Shown in pieces: positions 35,744 through 44,780 of a stretch of DNA of 45,294 nucleotides. The position numbers and the translations under genes are program-made. The notes below the pieces were generated by a model. That model had not been told where the DNA came from. It worked only from the letters and a program-made list of their open reading frames with translations, and ran no database searches. The stretch spans positions 1-45,294 of IMG/VR virus record IMGVR_UViG_2728369221_000001. One strand, given 5' to 3'. The DNA is from a virus. Numbering within the stretch: position 1 is the stretch's first letter; every line of letters starts with the position of its first letter.

Positions 35744-36018
35744 CGACCGACCGTGACTGGGAGACGATCGGCTGGGTGCAGTCATCGCAGTACCGTGAGG
35801 ACGTCCTCGAGGCGCTGACGGCGAGCCCGAAGACGCCGTCGACGATCGCCGAGCAGACCGACGACGGTATCGCCCACATCTCGCGGGCGCTCCGGAGCCT
35901 GCGTGAGCGCGATCTCGTCGAGCTGCTGGTCTCAGAGGACTGTCGGAAAGGCCGCGTGTACGGGCTGACTGACGCCGGCGCGAAGATCGCCGGAGAGATG
36001 CAGGAGGTGAGCGTCTGA
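35740..36018 (+). CDS. ArsR/MarR-like wHTH, 92 aa
   Basis: TPSTIAEQ...HISRALRSLRERDLVE...GRVYGLT. Confidence 0.85.
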   Translation: MTTDRDWETIGWVQSSQYREDVLEALTASPKTPSTIAEQTDDGIAHISRALRSLRERDLVELLVSEDCRKGRVYGLTDAGAKIAGEMQEVSV

Positions 36019-37652
36019 TGCACGGCGTCGACGGCGTCTGTCGCAACTGCGGCGAGGACCCGCGCAAGATATACAGATGCCAAGAATGTGGCACGCCGGA
36101 CCCGCTTGATGGCGATCAGGAGGACGACGAGGAGACCACAGGCCAGCACGTGATGGCCGACGGTGGTGAAGAGATCGAGGAACTCGCGGTCGAAGAGGAT
36201 GCGACGATCGCCGAGTTCGCGGAGATCGCTGAGGAGAAGACGCGCGGTGTGGACTTCCTCGACGAACTCGACGACGCCGAGCTCACGCTCGCCGAGCTAT
36301 CGGCGTCCTACGTCGACGCCGATCGGATGCTGCGGACGTTCGCGGTCAGTGCTGAGGGGTTCGACCCCGACGACTACGACGAGCCTGCCGACGACGAAGC
36401 GACCGACGCGGGCGACGTGCTCCGCGACCTGTTCGCGCACGCGTTCCGGCACCAGGCCGACTGGTCGGAATGGCGCAAGACGCTGATCGTCTTCGCTCTC
36501 GTGGAAGGCGTCTCGAAAGCGACGCTGCAGGCGGCCCATCGTGAAGCGGCCGACATCGTTGGTCCAGACGCCGCGGCCGACGAGTTCAGCGAGGCGCTCG
36601 AAGCCGCGATCGAGTACCGCGACGAGCTCGACCAGACCGACCGAGAGGTCCGGACTGACGGCGGCGTCGAGCACGAGCGGGCAGACCCGCGGGCTGCCGA
36701 GCGGATCGCGGGCCCCGACTGCGAGTACGAGGACTGCGACGCCGAAGCCGATTGGCTGGTCGAACTCGAGCTCAGAGGGAGCTACGTCGGGTTCGTCTGC
36801 TGTCAGGACTGCAGCAAGACCAACCGCCTGTACGCCCGCGAGAACGAACTGTACCGGAACGACGTTACTGACGAGGCCCGCGGCACGGTCGATGTCGAGT
36901 TTGAGGAGATCCGCGCCGACGGCGGAACGGGTCGTTGGGACGGCCTCGAACAGCGCGTCGAACGCATCGAAGACGAGCTGGGGATCGACCCCGAGACCGA
37001 GGCGTTCCGCGATGCGGTCCACAGAATCGACGACCGCTCACGGTACCCGCTCGAACTCATCGACATAGAGGGCGGCGATCAAGAGACGGCGCCGGAGGCT
37101 ACGCTGTCGGCCACCGATACGATGCGTGGCGTGGATCTCGACGAACTCCGCGAGCAGTTCGTCGCTCTCTCGGTCGACGGGACGGACGGCGACGTGACCG
37201 TGATGGTCAGCGGTCTCGTCGATGCGTCGGCGGGCGAGCCCGAGCTTCGCGCCGACGGCCTCGGCGAGGATCTCGACGACCACACCGACGGCGTCGGCAC
37301 ACCAGATGGCGAGGGCAAAGACCTCGGCGATGCGTGGGCCGGTGGCAGCGAGGCGACAGCAGCCCGGCGAGCATTGCGAGAGGGCGTCGTCGAGTGCGCC
37401 GGTGAAGACGGCGGGGCCAGTGTCGGCGACGTGATCGACCACGCGACCAAGAACACCACTGCCGAGATCCGGATCATCCTCAAACAGTTGCGGCTGTTGC
37501 TCCAGCAGGGCGACCTCTACGCACCAGACAATGGGACGCTCCGGCGGACGCTCGCCGACGGCAGTGGGATCACCCCCGCCGATCTGCAGGTGGGCGACAT
37601 CGCGGCGACGTTCCGTGGCCCCGGCGGCTTCGACGGAGGTGAGTCGCAGTGA
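36018..37652 (+). CDS. Modular multi-domain protein (Zn fingers, acidic domains, wHTH), 544 aa
   Basis: CRNC/CQEC at N-terminus, CEYEDC...CCQDC, late wHTH-like segment; repeated [RM][TA]DG[GL] linkers. Confidence 0.8.
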   Translation: MHGVDGVCRNCGEDPRKIYRCQECGTPDPLDGDQEDDEETTGQHVMADGGEEIEELAVEEDATIAEFAEIAEEKTRGVDFLDELDDAELTLAELSASYVDADRMLRTFAVSAEGFDPDDYDEPADDEATDAGDVLRDLFAHAFRHQADWSEWRKTLIVFALVEGVSKATLQAAHREAADIVGPDAAADEFSEALEAAIEYRDELDQTDREVRTDGGVEHERADPRAAERIAGPDCEYEDCDAEADWLVELELRGSYVGFVCCQDCSKTNRLYARENELYRNDVTDEARGTVDVEFEEIRADGGTGRWDGLEQRVERIEDELGIDPETEAFRDAVHRIDDRSRYPLELIDIEGGDQETAPEATLSATDTMRGVDLDELREQFVALSVDGTDGDVTVMVSGLVDASAGEPELRADGLGEDLDDHTDGVGTPDGEGKDLGDAWAGGSEATAARRALREGVVECAGEDGGASVGDVIDHATKNTTAEIRIILKQLRLLLQQGDLYAPDNGTLRRTLADGSGITPADLQVGDIAATFRGPGGFDGGESQ

Positions 37653-38446
37653 ATCGCGGTCGCCTCCGAACGTCCGACCTGCCGATCCGCGTCGACGAGA
37701 TCACGACATCGGCTGCCCAGCAGACGATCGCCGGCGAACCCGAGTGGGCGCTGACCGTGCGCCGCCGCAGCGAGACGACATCCGGACGCAAGTTCGTCAC
37801 CGGGCGGGCAGCGCTGCGACGGGAGATCGAGAAAGATGTCGCCTCTGTCAGCACCAGTGACGACGGCGTCAGCATCAACCAGCGGCTGCAGCGCGACCAC
37901 ACCACCGAGTTCGGCGTCTGGATGGCCGTCGATAACGGCTGGGCGATCGTCTCCGACGACTGGGTCGCCGGCGTGCTCGGCCAAGTGATCACGCCCCACC
38001 TCAAAGACACCAACCTCGATCTGCGGGGGCTCTTGGCCGACCTCGAAGAGCCGGATGTCTGGCAGCTGGGCTTCGCCGGCCGTGGCGTCGCAAAGGGCGG
38101 CCGGAAGGGCGTGCTCTATGGCAGCCACGTCAACGAGGATCCCGAGATCGGCGACGAGCTGATGCACACGCCGCTGAACGAGCTCGGCGTCGAGCACATC
38201 TACCAGTCTGGACAGGCCAAGGCCTATTTCGCGGCATCGACGGCCTACGTCGAACTCTACGGCGGCGACTGGTCGGACCAGCAGTTCGTCGACTACGTCG
38301 GTCAGCACGTCGTTCGGCACGTCAAAAACGACGGTCGAGCGCCGGGCGAAACTGGTGAGGGCGGCGGCGCCGGTGTCGACGAGAACCAAGAGACGTTCGA
38401 CGAACTCGACAGCGTCAGCGTGAGCGACGGAGGCGATTCGGCATGA
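37649..38446 (+). CDS. Hypothetical protein, 265 aa
   Basis: GTG overlap, SD ggaggtga, acidic. Confidence 0.75.
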   Translation: MNRGRLRTSDLPIRVDEITTSAAQQTIAGEPEWALTVRRRSETTSGRKFVTGRAALRREIEKDVASVSTSDDGVSINQRLQRDHTTEFGVWMAVDNGWAIVSDDWVAGVLGQVITPHLKDTNLDLRGLLADLEEPDVWQLGFAGRGVAKGGRKGVLYGSHVNEDPEIGDELMHTPLNELGVEHIYQSGQAKAYFAASTAYVELYGGDWSDQQFVDYVGQHVVRHVKNDGRAPGETGEGGGAGVDENQETFDELDSVSVSDGGDSA

Positions 38447-38682
38447 GCGCCGAGGACTTTCTCCTGGAGGCCGCCGCCGAGGACGGCGTCTCCGTGGGCC
38501 GCGAGGACGACCAGCTAGTCGTTCGCTGCACCGACCACACCGAGGAGCGGATCGACACGGAGGTCGTCCACGATCTCGCCCACGAGCACGGCATGATCGT
38601 CGAGCGGACGGTGTCGGACTTCGACGCCGGCGCCGTCGACGTGGTCATCCCGATCCACCGAGGTGAGGCCGATGGCGAGTAA
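38443..38682 (+). CDS. Hypothetical protein, 79 aa
   Basis: ATGA overlap; acidic. Confidence 0.75.
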   Translation: MSAEDFLLEAAAEDGVSVGREDDQLVVRCTDHTEERIDTEVVHDLAHEHGMIVERTVSDFDAGAVDVVIPIHRGEADGE

Positions 38683-38845
38683 CCGCCGCGCCCATCCCGG
38701 CGCCGTCGACGGCGTCCTCGGCCACGCCGGTGTGGGCGATCAGGACACGACGTGCCCCAACGGAAACGAGGGGTGTCCCGGACCGAACAACCCGACCGGC
38801 GAGTTGCCGTGGTCGGTGTGTTTCCTGAACGGAGGCGATGCCTGA
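38672..38845 (+). CDS. Small Cys-containing protein, 57 aa
   Basis: SD gaggtga then ATG 38672; CPNGNEGCPGP. Confidence 0.65.
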   Translation: MASNRRAHPGAVDGVLGHAGVGDQDTTCPNGNEGCPGPNNPTGELPWSVCFLNGGDA

Positions 38846-39426
38846 TGGCCCGCTGCGAAGCCTGTGGCGGCCCGATCCGGGAAGCACTGGGCGGCACGGG
38901 ACAGGCCGATACACTGATCGACGTCAACAAGTTCCAGTTCGACGATCGCGTCGGTCGCCGGAAGGCTCGCCGGACGCACTTCTGCAGCTATGAGTGTGCC
39001 ATTCGCGGGCTCGAGGACGACCTCATCCTCGAGCGCGACGACCCGACGCTCTGGGTCGACCGGCGTGGCGACGGCCCAGAGAACTACCCCGATCCCGAGA
39101 CCGAGCCGCTGGTCCGACGTGCCAAGGAGCTGCTGGAGACAGCGCTCGACGGCGTCGGCGATGACTACGCGCTCGATCTCAACCTCTCCGAGGCGATCAC
39201 GCTGACCGAGGAGACGCTCGACGTCCTTGCCGACAGGCCCAGCCCGGACGAGCGCGTCCACCTCGCGGCCGGCGACGCACTCGCGGACATCTACGACGGC
39301 AAGCGCCGGCACGCTGCGGTGGGCGACGCCGTCATCGAGTACAACATCGGCGACCGGCTGGGGCTGGTCAACGCCGAGGTCCTCGACGCGCTCGGCGAAG
39401 AGCTGGAGGTGAGCCCCAATGAGTGA
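38845..39426 (+). CDS. Zn-binding hypothetical protein, 193 aa
   Basis: CEAC...HFCSYEC (TRASH/MYM-like); TGATG overlap. Confidence 0.75.
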   Translation: MARCEACGGPIREALGGTGQADTLIDVNKFQFDDRVGRRKARRTHFCSYECAIRGLEDDLILERDDPTLWVDRRGDGPENYPDPETEPLVRRAKELLETALDGVGDDYALDLNLSEAITLTEETLDVLADRPSPDERVHLAAGDALADIYDGKRRHAAVGDAVIEYNIGDRLGLVNAEVLDALGEELEVSPNE

Positions 39427-39880
39427 GCCCCGGCCCGGCGTCCCGAGCACCGAACACCCGGGAGACCCGCAGAAGGGCGCCGCGGCGTTCTTCCTGGTCA
39501 CGCAGCTCCCGGCTGCTGTCGGCACGCCTGCTGAGGACCTCGTCGATGTCTGGACCCACGAGTGGGACGACGAAGACGAGCGCTGGGGCGTGGCGTTGAA
39601 CGGCACCGGACAAGACCGGCTCTGGTACGGCTCGCTGTACTTGCTGGGTGACGACCAGACGATGTCGGTCCGGCATCCCGCAGGGTCGGCCGTCGTCACG
39701 ATCGGCCAGCAGGCGATCGGCGTTCTGAAGCCAGATCACAATGAGTGGCTCTGCCCCGAACCGGACGCGATCCCGAACTGGGAGCAAGCCACGCTGTTTG
39801 CGATCCACGACCACCTCAACGAACTCGGCCACGACGTGCCGAAGATGGAGGAGCTCCTGGAGGTGAGTCCCGATGCCTGA
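39419..39880 (+). CDS. Hypothetical protein, 153 aa
   Basis: SD ggaggtga; acidic. Confidence 0.75.
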   Translation: MSEPRPGVPSTEHPGDPQKGAAAFFLVTQLPAAVGTPAEDLVDVWTHEWDDEDERWGVALNGTGQDRLWYGSLYLLGDDQTMSVRHPAGSAVVTIGQQAIGVLKPDHNEWLCPEPDAIPNWEQATLFAIHDHLNELGHDVPKMEELLEVSPDA

Positions 39881-39959
39881 GCGCTGGGACGATCGGCTCG
39901 ACGAGCTGCTGGACGATCTCGACACGCGACTGGAGGAGGTGTCGCCCGATGCCGAGTGA
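39873..39959 (+). CDS. Unannotated 28-aa acidic peptide
   Basis: MPERWDDRLDELLDDLDTRLEEVSPDAE*; SD ggaggtga upstream; overlaps on both sides. Confidence 0.6.
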   Translation: MPERWDDRLDELLDDLDTRLEEVSPDAE

Positions 39960-40140
39960 GACCGCTGCCGGTGGGTTCCTCACCGCGGCGTTCGGTCTGA
40001 CGGCGACGATCGCCGGCGCCGCGATCACGATGACCGGTCGACGACAGCCGGGGCTGCTCGGCTGGGTCGGGATGCTGCTCGTCGGCATCGGACTGACGCT
40101 GACCGCGCTCGGTTTTGGCGTCGCTGGGGGTGCCGTCTGA
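39949..40140 (+). CDS. Small 2-TM membrane protein, 63 aa
   Basis: GFLTAAFGLTATIAGAAI and LLGWVGMLLVGIGLTLTALGFGV. Confidence 0.75.
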   Translation: MPSETAAGGFLTAAFGLTATIAGAAITMTGRRQPGLLGWVGMLLVGIGLTLTALGFGVAGGAV

Positions 40141-40619
40141 TGGCGGCCGAGATAGAGCTGGGCCCAGCGCCCACCTCGGAGAACGTCATCGACCTCGGGC
40201 TGCACGAGGCGTTCGCCCGCCTCGAGGAGCTCGTCAGCGAGGCGTTCGACGCCGCGCTCGACGATGCCTGCCCACCGGACGCGACCTCAGAGCTCGCGCT
40301 CGCACACGTCACGATCCGGCCGTTCGCTGACCACCGCAAGGCCCGGACGGACTGGCTGGCCGGGACGATCCGCCGGCGCGTCGCTAACTGTGATGCCCAT
40401 CTACATGACGCCGAAGCGGAACTCGGTGGGTGGGATGGGCAGCTCCGCGACGCCCGCCAGCTGTGCTGGTGCATCGCCGAGGCACTGCCCGACGGCCGCA
40501 TGGAGGGCCGTGGGCGCATCTCGCGGTGTGCGCGGTGTCTGGGGGTCAACATCAACAGCACACCGAACACGCTACCCTGCCCGGGCTGCGAGCAGCGCGA
40601 TCGAGGTGGTCAGTCGTGA
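40140..40619 (+). CDS. Hypothetical protein with C-terminal Zn ribbon, 159 aa
   Basis: CARC...CPGC. Confidence 0.7.
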   Translation: MAAEIELGPAPTSENVIDLGLHEAFARLEELVSEAFDAALDDACPPDATSELALAHVTIRPFADHRKARTDWLAGTIRRRVANCDAHLHDAEAELGGWDGQLRDARQLCWCIAEALPDGRMEGRGRISRCARCLGVNINSTPNTLPCPGCEQRDRGGQS

Positions 40620-40915
40620 GCGACGACAGCGACACCGTCTTCGTGCGCTCGCAGCGCGGGGGCGACGATCGCCGCCCGCACCACACTGACCGCAACTGCG
40701 ACCGGCTCCAGCAGGCCGTCTCCGTGCTCGAGAAAGAGCGGAGCGTCCTGCCAGACGACCACCCGGAGTGTTCGGTCTGTGCTGGCGAGCGCGAGAACGA
40801 CATGAGCACCGGGCCACAGCTCTGCAGCAAGATCGCCAAGATGAATCCCGAGGACGTCGGGCTCTCACCGCTTGGCGAGCGTGCCGACCAGCCCGGAGGT
40901 GCCGCCGATGACTGA
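40616..40915 (+). CDS. His/Cys protein, 99 aa
   Basis: GTG overlap; HHTDRNC...CSVC. Confidence 0.7.
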   Translation: MSDDSDTVFVRSQRGGDDRRPHHTDRNCDRLQQAVSVLEKERSVLPDDHPECSVCAGERENDMSTGPQLCSKIAKMNPEDVGLSPLGERADQPGGAADD

Positions 40916-41573
40916 TGTGCTCGCAGACCTCGACGACATCAGCGTCGGCGATCAGGTCGACGTCACGGCCCACCACGACTACGCGTCGCCGCTCGACGTC
41001 GTCGCCGTCGACGGTCCGGACGAGTGGGCGGTGCCGTACGGTTCGGACTGGCGCACCGCCACGCTGCGCGTCGAGACCTCGCGCGGGACGATCTACGAGA
41101 TCGGCATCGACTCCGGCGCCGGCGAGGTTGCGACGCTGTTCGCGCTCGACGACGGTGCGCGCGGCACGCGGTACGGCGCCGTCGAGCAGCTGGCGCTCGT
41201 CGAGGACGACGGCGACCAGGACGAAGACAGCGACGAAGAAAACCCCGGGACGGCGCCCATTACAGATGGTTGTAATGGCGATGACGGCGCCGGCGCGGAC
41301 GACGAGCTCACGTCGCCGGCGATCGACGCTGAAGATCTCGTCGACACACTCGAGGAGGCCAGCAACACCGACGACAGCGATGCCGGGCCCACACTGCCCG
41401 AGAGCGTGACAAGCGAGGAGATCGAGGCGGCCGCCGACAAGTGCGACTACCTCGACGGCGTCGCCGAGGAGTTGGACGTGACGCCCTCGAAAGCGCGGTC
41501 GTTGCTGGTGAATCACGGCCGCTACGCCGATATCTCCGAAGCCTCGCGCTACCGTGGAGGTGTCAGCCAATGA
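40908..41573 (+). CDS. SH3-like N-terminus plus C-terminal HTH, 221 aa
   Basis: ISVGDQVDV; LDGVAEELDVTPSKARSLL. Confidence 0.75.
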   Translation: MTDVLADLDDISVGDQVDVTAHHDYASPLDVVAVDGPDEWAVPYGSDWRTATLRVETSRGTIYEIGIDSGAGEVATLFALDDGARGTRYGAVEQLALVEDDGDQDEDSDEENPGTAPITDGCNGDDGAGADDELTSPAIDAEDLVDTLEEASNTDDSDAGPTLPESVTSEEIEAAADKCDYLDGVAEELDVTPSKARSLLVNHGRYADISEASRYRGGVSQ

Positions 41574-41879
41574 CACCAGCGTCAGACGCGCGGCTGACGA
41601 GCAAACAGGTCAGAACGCGAGCCTTTATAGGCCACGACTCCGTCCCTCTCCGTAATCAGGACAGGACGACACTGAGGACGCTGCGGTTGGCACACCCGTC
41701 GCTGGGGAGTGTCAGAACCGGGAGTAGGATATCTGGTTCTGGGACGCCGGGCGACATAAGTTTACCGGACAGCAGTAGCTGTGCGTCTCTCCAACACGGC
41801 GGCCTCACTGTGACGCGATCACGGATTGTCGATCACCCAGCCGAGAGTGCCGTATCTACGTCCACCCAGACAACCATGC

Positions 41880-42160
41880 CAGATCACGACCACCTCACGA
41901 CCACGCTGCCGGACCACCTCAGAGAGAAATTTATTTTTTCGAACGCAGCCACGACGCTGCACGCCCCCACAGCAGCCAGACCCACGAACCACCGCGTTAC
42001 GGCTGCTTCCGCCCGCATAGCCATACCAGAGGTAGCTGCGCTAAGTGGAGGGGGTCGGTTGACCCCCTCCCCTGCCTCACAGCACCCTGCTGTGAGTGGT
42101 GGTGGTACAGCCACCGCCCTCACAGCACCCTGCTGTGAGCAGGGTAGCGGGGGTGGTCGA
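41880..42160. repeat. Origin-like cluster of palindromes and direct repeats
   Basis: CTCACAGCA-CCC-TGCTGTGAG twice (42076-42096, 42119-42139); GGAGGGGGTC-GGTT-GACCCCCTCC (42047-42070); AT tract at about 41926-41940; GACCAC repeats. Confidence 0.8.
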
Positions 42161-42161
42161 G

Positions 42162-43367
42162 ATGCGTGAGACCGTGATGCTGGACTGGCGTGTTCCGGAA
42201 CGCGAGTGGCAGACCTTCCGTGATCACGTGGAGTCTGAGTTCGGCAGCATCGACGGCTATCTCGGCCGAGAAGCGGAGCGTGCGATGCGGGCCTACGCTG
42301 ACGCCGATGGCTACGACGCCGTCGAGCAGAAGATCGATCGGCTGGTTGAAGCAGCGGGGCGCCGTCCGGGGGCGGCGTCCAAAGAAAAAAATTCCTCGCT
42401 GGCTGACCAGCCGCGGACACGTGTCACAGCTCGCGTCGACGAAGCGGTCAAGGACGAGTTCCGCGCCGTCGCAGCTGAGGATGACGACCCATTCGGAGTT
42501 GTGTTTGCCCGTGCGATCCGCGAGCATCGGGAAGGTGGCCGTGCCGATCGTCTCGAGCGGAAGCTTGACCGTGTGATCGATGACGCCGAAGCGATGCTGT
42601 CCGAACTCGATGAGAGTGACAGCGAGGGCGGCCTCGGTAAGGTCGACCGGAATGTCATCACGATCTGCCAGCGGCTCAACCGGCAGTTCACCGATGACGA
42701 ACTCAACAGCGAGATCCATGATGTTGCTGGTCGCGGACAGCGGGCATCCGAGCCGACGCTGGAGCGCTACCGTGAGCTCGTGATCGAGCGCCTCGGCGTG
42801 GAACCCCACCCCAATGCGTCGCATGTTTGGCTCCCCGAAGATGAGGCGGCGGGACTGGTCCCTGACGGGACGCCCGAGGAGTGTCGGAAGCCAGTTGACC
42901 ACCTCGATCGTGATGCCCGCGCTCGCAGGATCAAGCTCGCACTGGGCCGTCGTGCAGCAAACCGATCGACTGGCAAAGTCACTGCTCGGCGGCCGAGCAT
43001 CCAAGAGGACATCCTCGAGGACGTGCCAGCGAAGTCGACCGTCCTCGATTTGATGGAGGAGGTTGCGCTCGCGGACGGCTTCAGCATCGACCGCTCACGT
43101 GATAAGGCCGCACTCCGGGTCGATCTCCGTGCCGTCGGTGACGCTGATCCGGACCTCTTCGAGACGATAATCGACTACCGGGACGCCGAAACAGACTCGC
43201 TGCTCGGCGACACGACCGAGACGACGGTCTCCGACTACACGGCCTCGACTGAGTCGACGGTGTCGCCTGACACTGCGTCTGACCGGATGGACCAGCTAAC
43301 CGAGTCGATGACCGACGGTGGTGGCCCCAGCCGTGAGCAGTCTGAGGACGGTGATCGAGATGTCTGA
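42162..43367 (+). CDS. Putative replication initiator/DNA-binding protein with tandem RHH-like modules, 401 aa
   Basis: TVMLDWRVPEREWQTF and RTRVTARVDEAVKDEF...FARAIRE; directly downstream of the repeat cluster. Rep role is inference. Confidence 0.45.
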   Translation: MRETVMLDWRVPEREWQTFRDHVESEFGSIDGYLGREAERAMRAYADADGYDAVEQKIDRLVEAAGRRPGAASKEKNSSLADQPRTRVTARVDEAVKDEFRAVAAEDDDPFGVVFARAIREHREGGRADRLERKLDRVIDDAEAMLSELDESDSEGGLGKVDRNVITICQRLNRQFTDDELNSEIHDVAGRGQRASEPTLERYRELVIERLGVEPHPNASHVWLPEDEAAGLVPDGTPEECRKPVDHLDRDARARRIKLALGRRAANRSTGKVTARRPSIQEDILEDVPAKSTVLDLMEEVALADGFSIDRSRDKAALRVDLRAVGDADPDLFETIIDYRDAETDSLLGDTTETTVSDYTASTESTVSPDTASDRMDQLTESMTDGGGPSREQSEDGDRDV

Positions 43368-43578
43368 AGCTGGTGTCGGTCATATCCCGCTGCCGTACAT
43401 CGACACGTCGAAAGACACGTGTCCTGTCTGCGGCAGAGAGTTCAACGCAACCTTCTCGACAGTCGGATCAAAACTCACAGCTCCTGATGAGGGCGATTGG
43501 TGCATCTATAATGGCGTCTTCATTATTCATGAGGAGCTGAAATACTGGGATAGCAACTCCAACGGAGGCGATTCGTGA
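43360..43578 (+). CDS. Zinc-finger microprotein, 72 aa
   Basis: CPVC...WC..H. Confidence 0.7.
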   Translation: MSEAGVGHIPLPYIDTSKDTCPVCGREFNATFSTVGSKLTAPDEGDWCIYNGVFIIHEELKYWDSNSNGGDS

Positions 43579-43748
43579 TGTCTGAGGGCGTCCTCTACCG
43601 TTGTCCCGGCTGTGAGATACCGATTACGGACAGGAGCAAGTTGGACAAACACGGCGAGGACTACAAGTGCCCGTCGTGCTGGCACACGGTGGAACTGAGT
43701 TCACTACGTTCGGGCACCACTCCGGAGGCCGATCAGGATGCAGAGTAA
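43578..43748 (+). CDS. Unannotated zinc-finger microprotein, 56 aa
   Basis: MSEGVLYRCPGC...YKCPSCW...DAE*; TGATG overlap. Confidence 0.75.
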   Translation: MSEGVLYRCPGCEIPITDRSKLDKHGEDYKCPSCWHTVELSSLRSGTTPEADQDAE

Positions 43749-43929
43749 CGAGACGCTCCGTCGCTGTACTCGCTGCGGCAAGCCCGTCGAAGACGAGCCG
43801 TATCTGAACTGGGTGCTCCACTCGTGCCGGCACTGTTGCTACGAGGCCGATGGTCGGTTCCGAGACGGCGGCACCTACCGCAAGTGGCGCTACTTCCCGC
43901 GCTGGCATCTGAACGGTGGTGAGCGGTGA
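43738..43929 (+). CDS. Zinc-finger microprotein, 63 aa
   Basis: CTRC...CRHCC. Confidence 0.7.
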   Translation: MQSNETLRRCTRCGKPVEDEPYLNWVLHSCRHCCYEADGRFRDGGTYRKWRYFPRWHLNGGER

Positions 43930-44114
43930 TGGGCCAGTCCTACATCTGCTCGCGCTGCTGGGCTACCAGCAAAGCCCTCGACGAGCATCCGATCACTGGA
44001 CACAGCACGGTCCACACGGGCTGCCCGAACTGCGCCACCGCAACGACGCACGTCGCCGAGGGCCGCGCCGAGCACCATCTCCGAGCACGACAGCAGGAGG
44101 CGCGATCTCGATGA
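43929..44114 (+). CDS. Zinc-finger microprotein, 61 aa
   Basis: CSRC...CPNC. Confidence 0.7.
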   Translation: MGQSYICSRCWATSKALDEHPITGHSTVHTGCPNCATATTHVAEGRAEHHLRARQQEARSR

Positions 44115-44434
44115 CGACGCGCTACGACACTGCCCACTCGCCGCTCACGAACGACGAGCTGATGACCGTCCTCCGGGAGGCGTGGGAGGCGGGCGACCGC
44201 GACATCCTCGAGGGCGGCGTCGCCACGACGACGATCGCCGCCCGGATCGACATGGGCAAGTCTGGCACCGAGAGCCGACTGCGTGAGCTCTGGGAGGCGG
44301 GCCGCATCACAGTCGTCTGGGGCGCCGATCCCGACACCCATCGTCCGCGTCGCAGCTGGGCACCAGCCGATGAAGTCGACCAACCCGGCGAGGACCTCCC
44401 GGGCGACACGCTGCGAGGTGACCACAGTGACTGA
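44111..44434 (+). CDS. wHTH protein, 107 aa
   Basis: VATTTIAARIDMGKSGTESRLRELWEAGRI; ATGA overlap. Confidence 0.75.
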   Translation: MTTRYDTAHSPLTNDELMTVLREAWEAGDRDILEGGVATTTIAARIDMGKSGTESRLRELWEAGRITVVWGADPDTHRPRRSWAPADEVDQPGEDLPGDTLRGDHSD

Positions 44435-44660
44435 TCAGTCGGAGATCCCAGACGATGTCAAGACGCTGCCTCACACGGCCAAACTCGTTTACCGCGTACT
44501 GGCCGACGCGGATGAGCCGCTGCGTGCCACTGAGGTCGCTGACCGCTGTGCGATCCCCGAGCGCACGGCCCGCGACGCCCTGCAACGTCTCGCCGAACAG
44601 ACCAATAGTGTTGACCGCCGTCCGATCACCGGCCGCGAACACTTGTTTTTGGTTGCCTGA
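44427..44660 (+). CDS. wHTH protein (TrmB/MarR-like), 77 aa
   Basis: AKLVYRVL...LRATEVADRCAIPERTARDALQRL; GTG start. Confidence 0.8.
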   Translation: MTDQSEIPDDVKTLPHTAKLVYRVLADADEPLRATEVADRCAIPERTARDALQRLAEQTNSVDRRPITGREHLFLVA

Positions 44661-44670
44661 TACTCTACGA

Positions 44671-44692
44671 ACGCCGCAAGATGTTGCGGCGT
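44671..44692. repeat. Hairpin/inverted repeat at the early-late boundary
   Basis: ACGCCGCAA-GATG-TTGCGGCGT. Confidence 0.6.
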
Positions 44693-44780
44693 CTGTGGGT
44701 TTGATACTGTTCGGACACCATTTCGTTCAATAACGCGAGCATTTTCCTGAGCGCGTTCACAGCGCGCTGGGCCGATAGCT

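Noticed and set aside
42075-42139. Mini CRISPR array (22-bp repeat, 21-bp spacer)
   Set aside because: Only two repeats, short spacer, no leader or cas genes; perfect palindromes fit protein-binding sites better.
41441-42169. 242-aa ORF (ATG at 41570 overlaps the previous stop)
   Set aside because: Non-acidic and runs through the palindrome cluster; treated as non-coding, though a short coupled peptide cannot be excluded.
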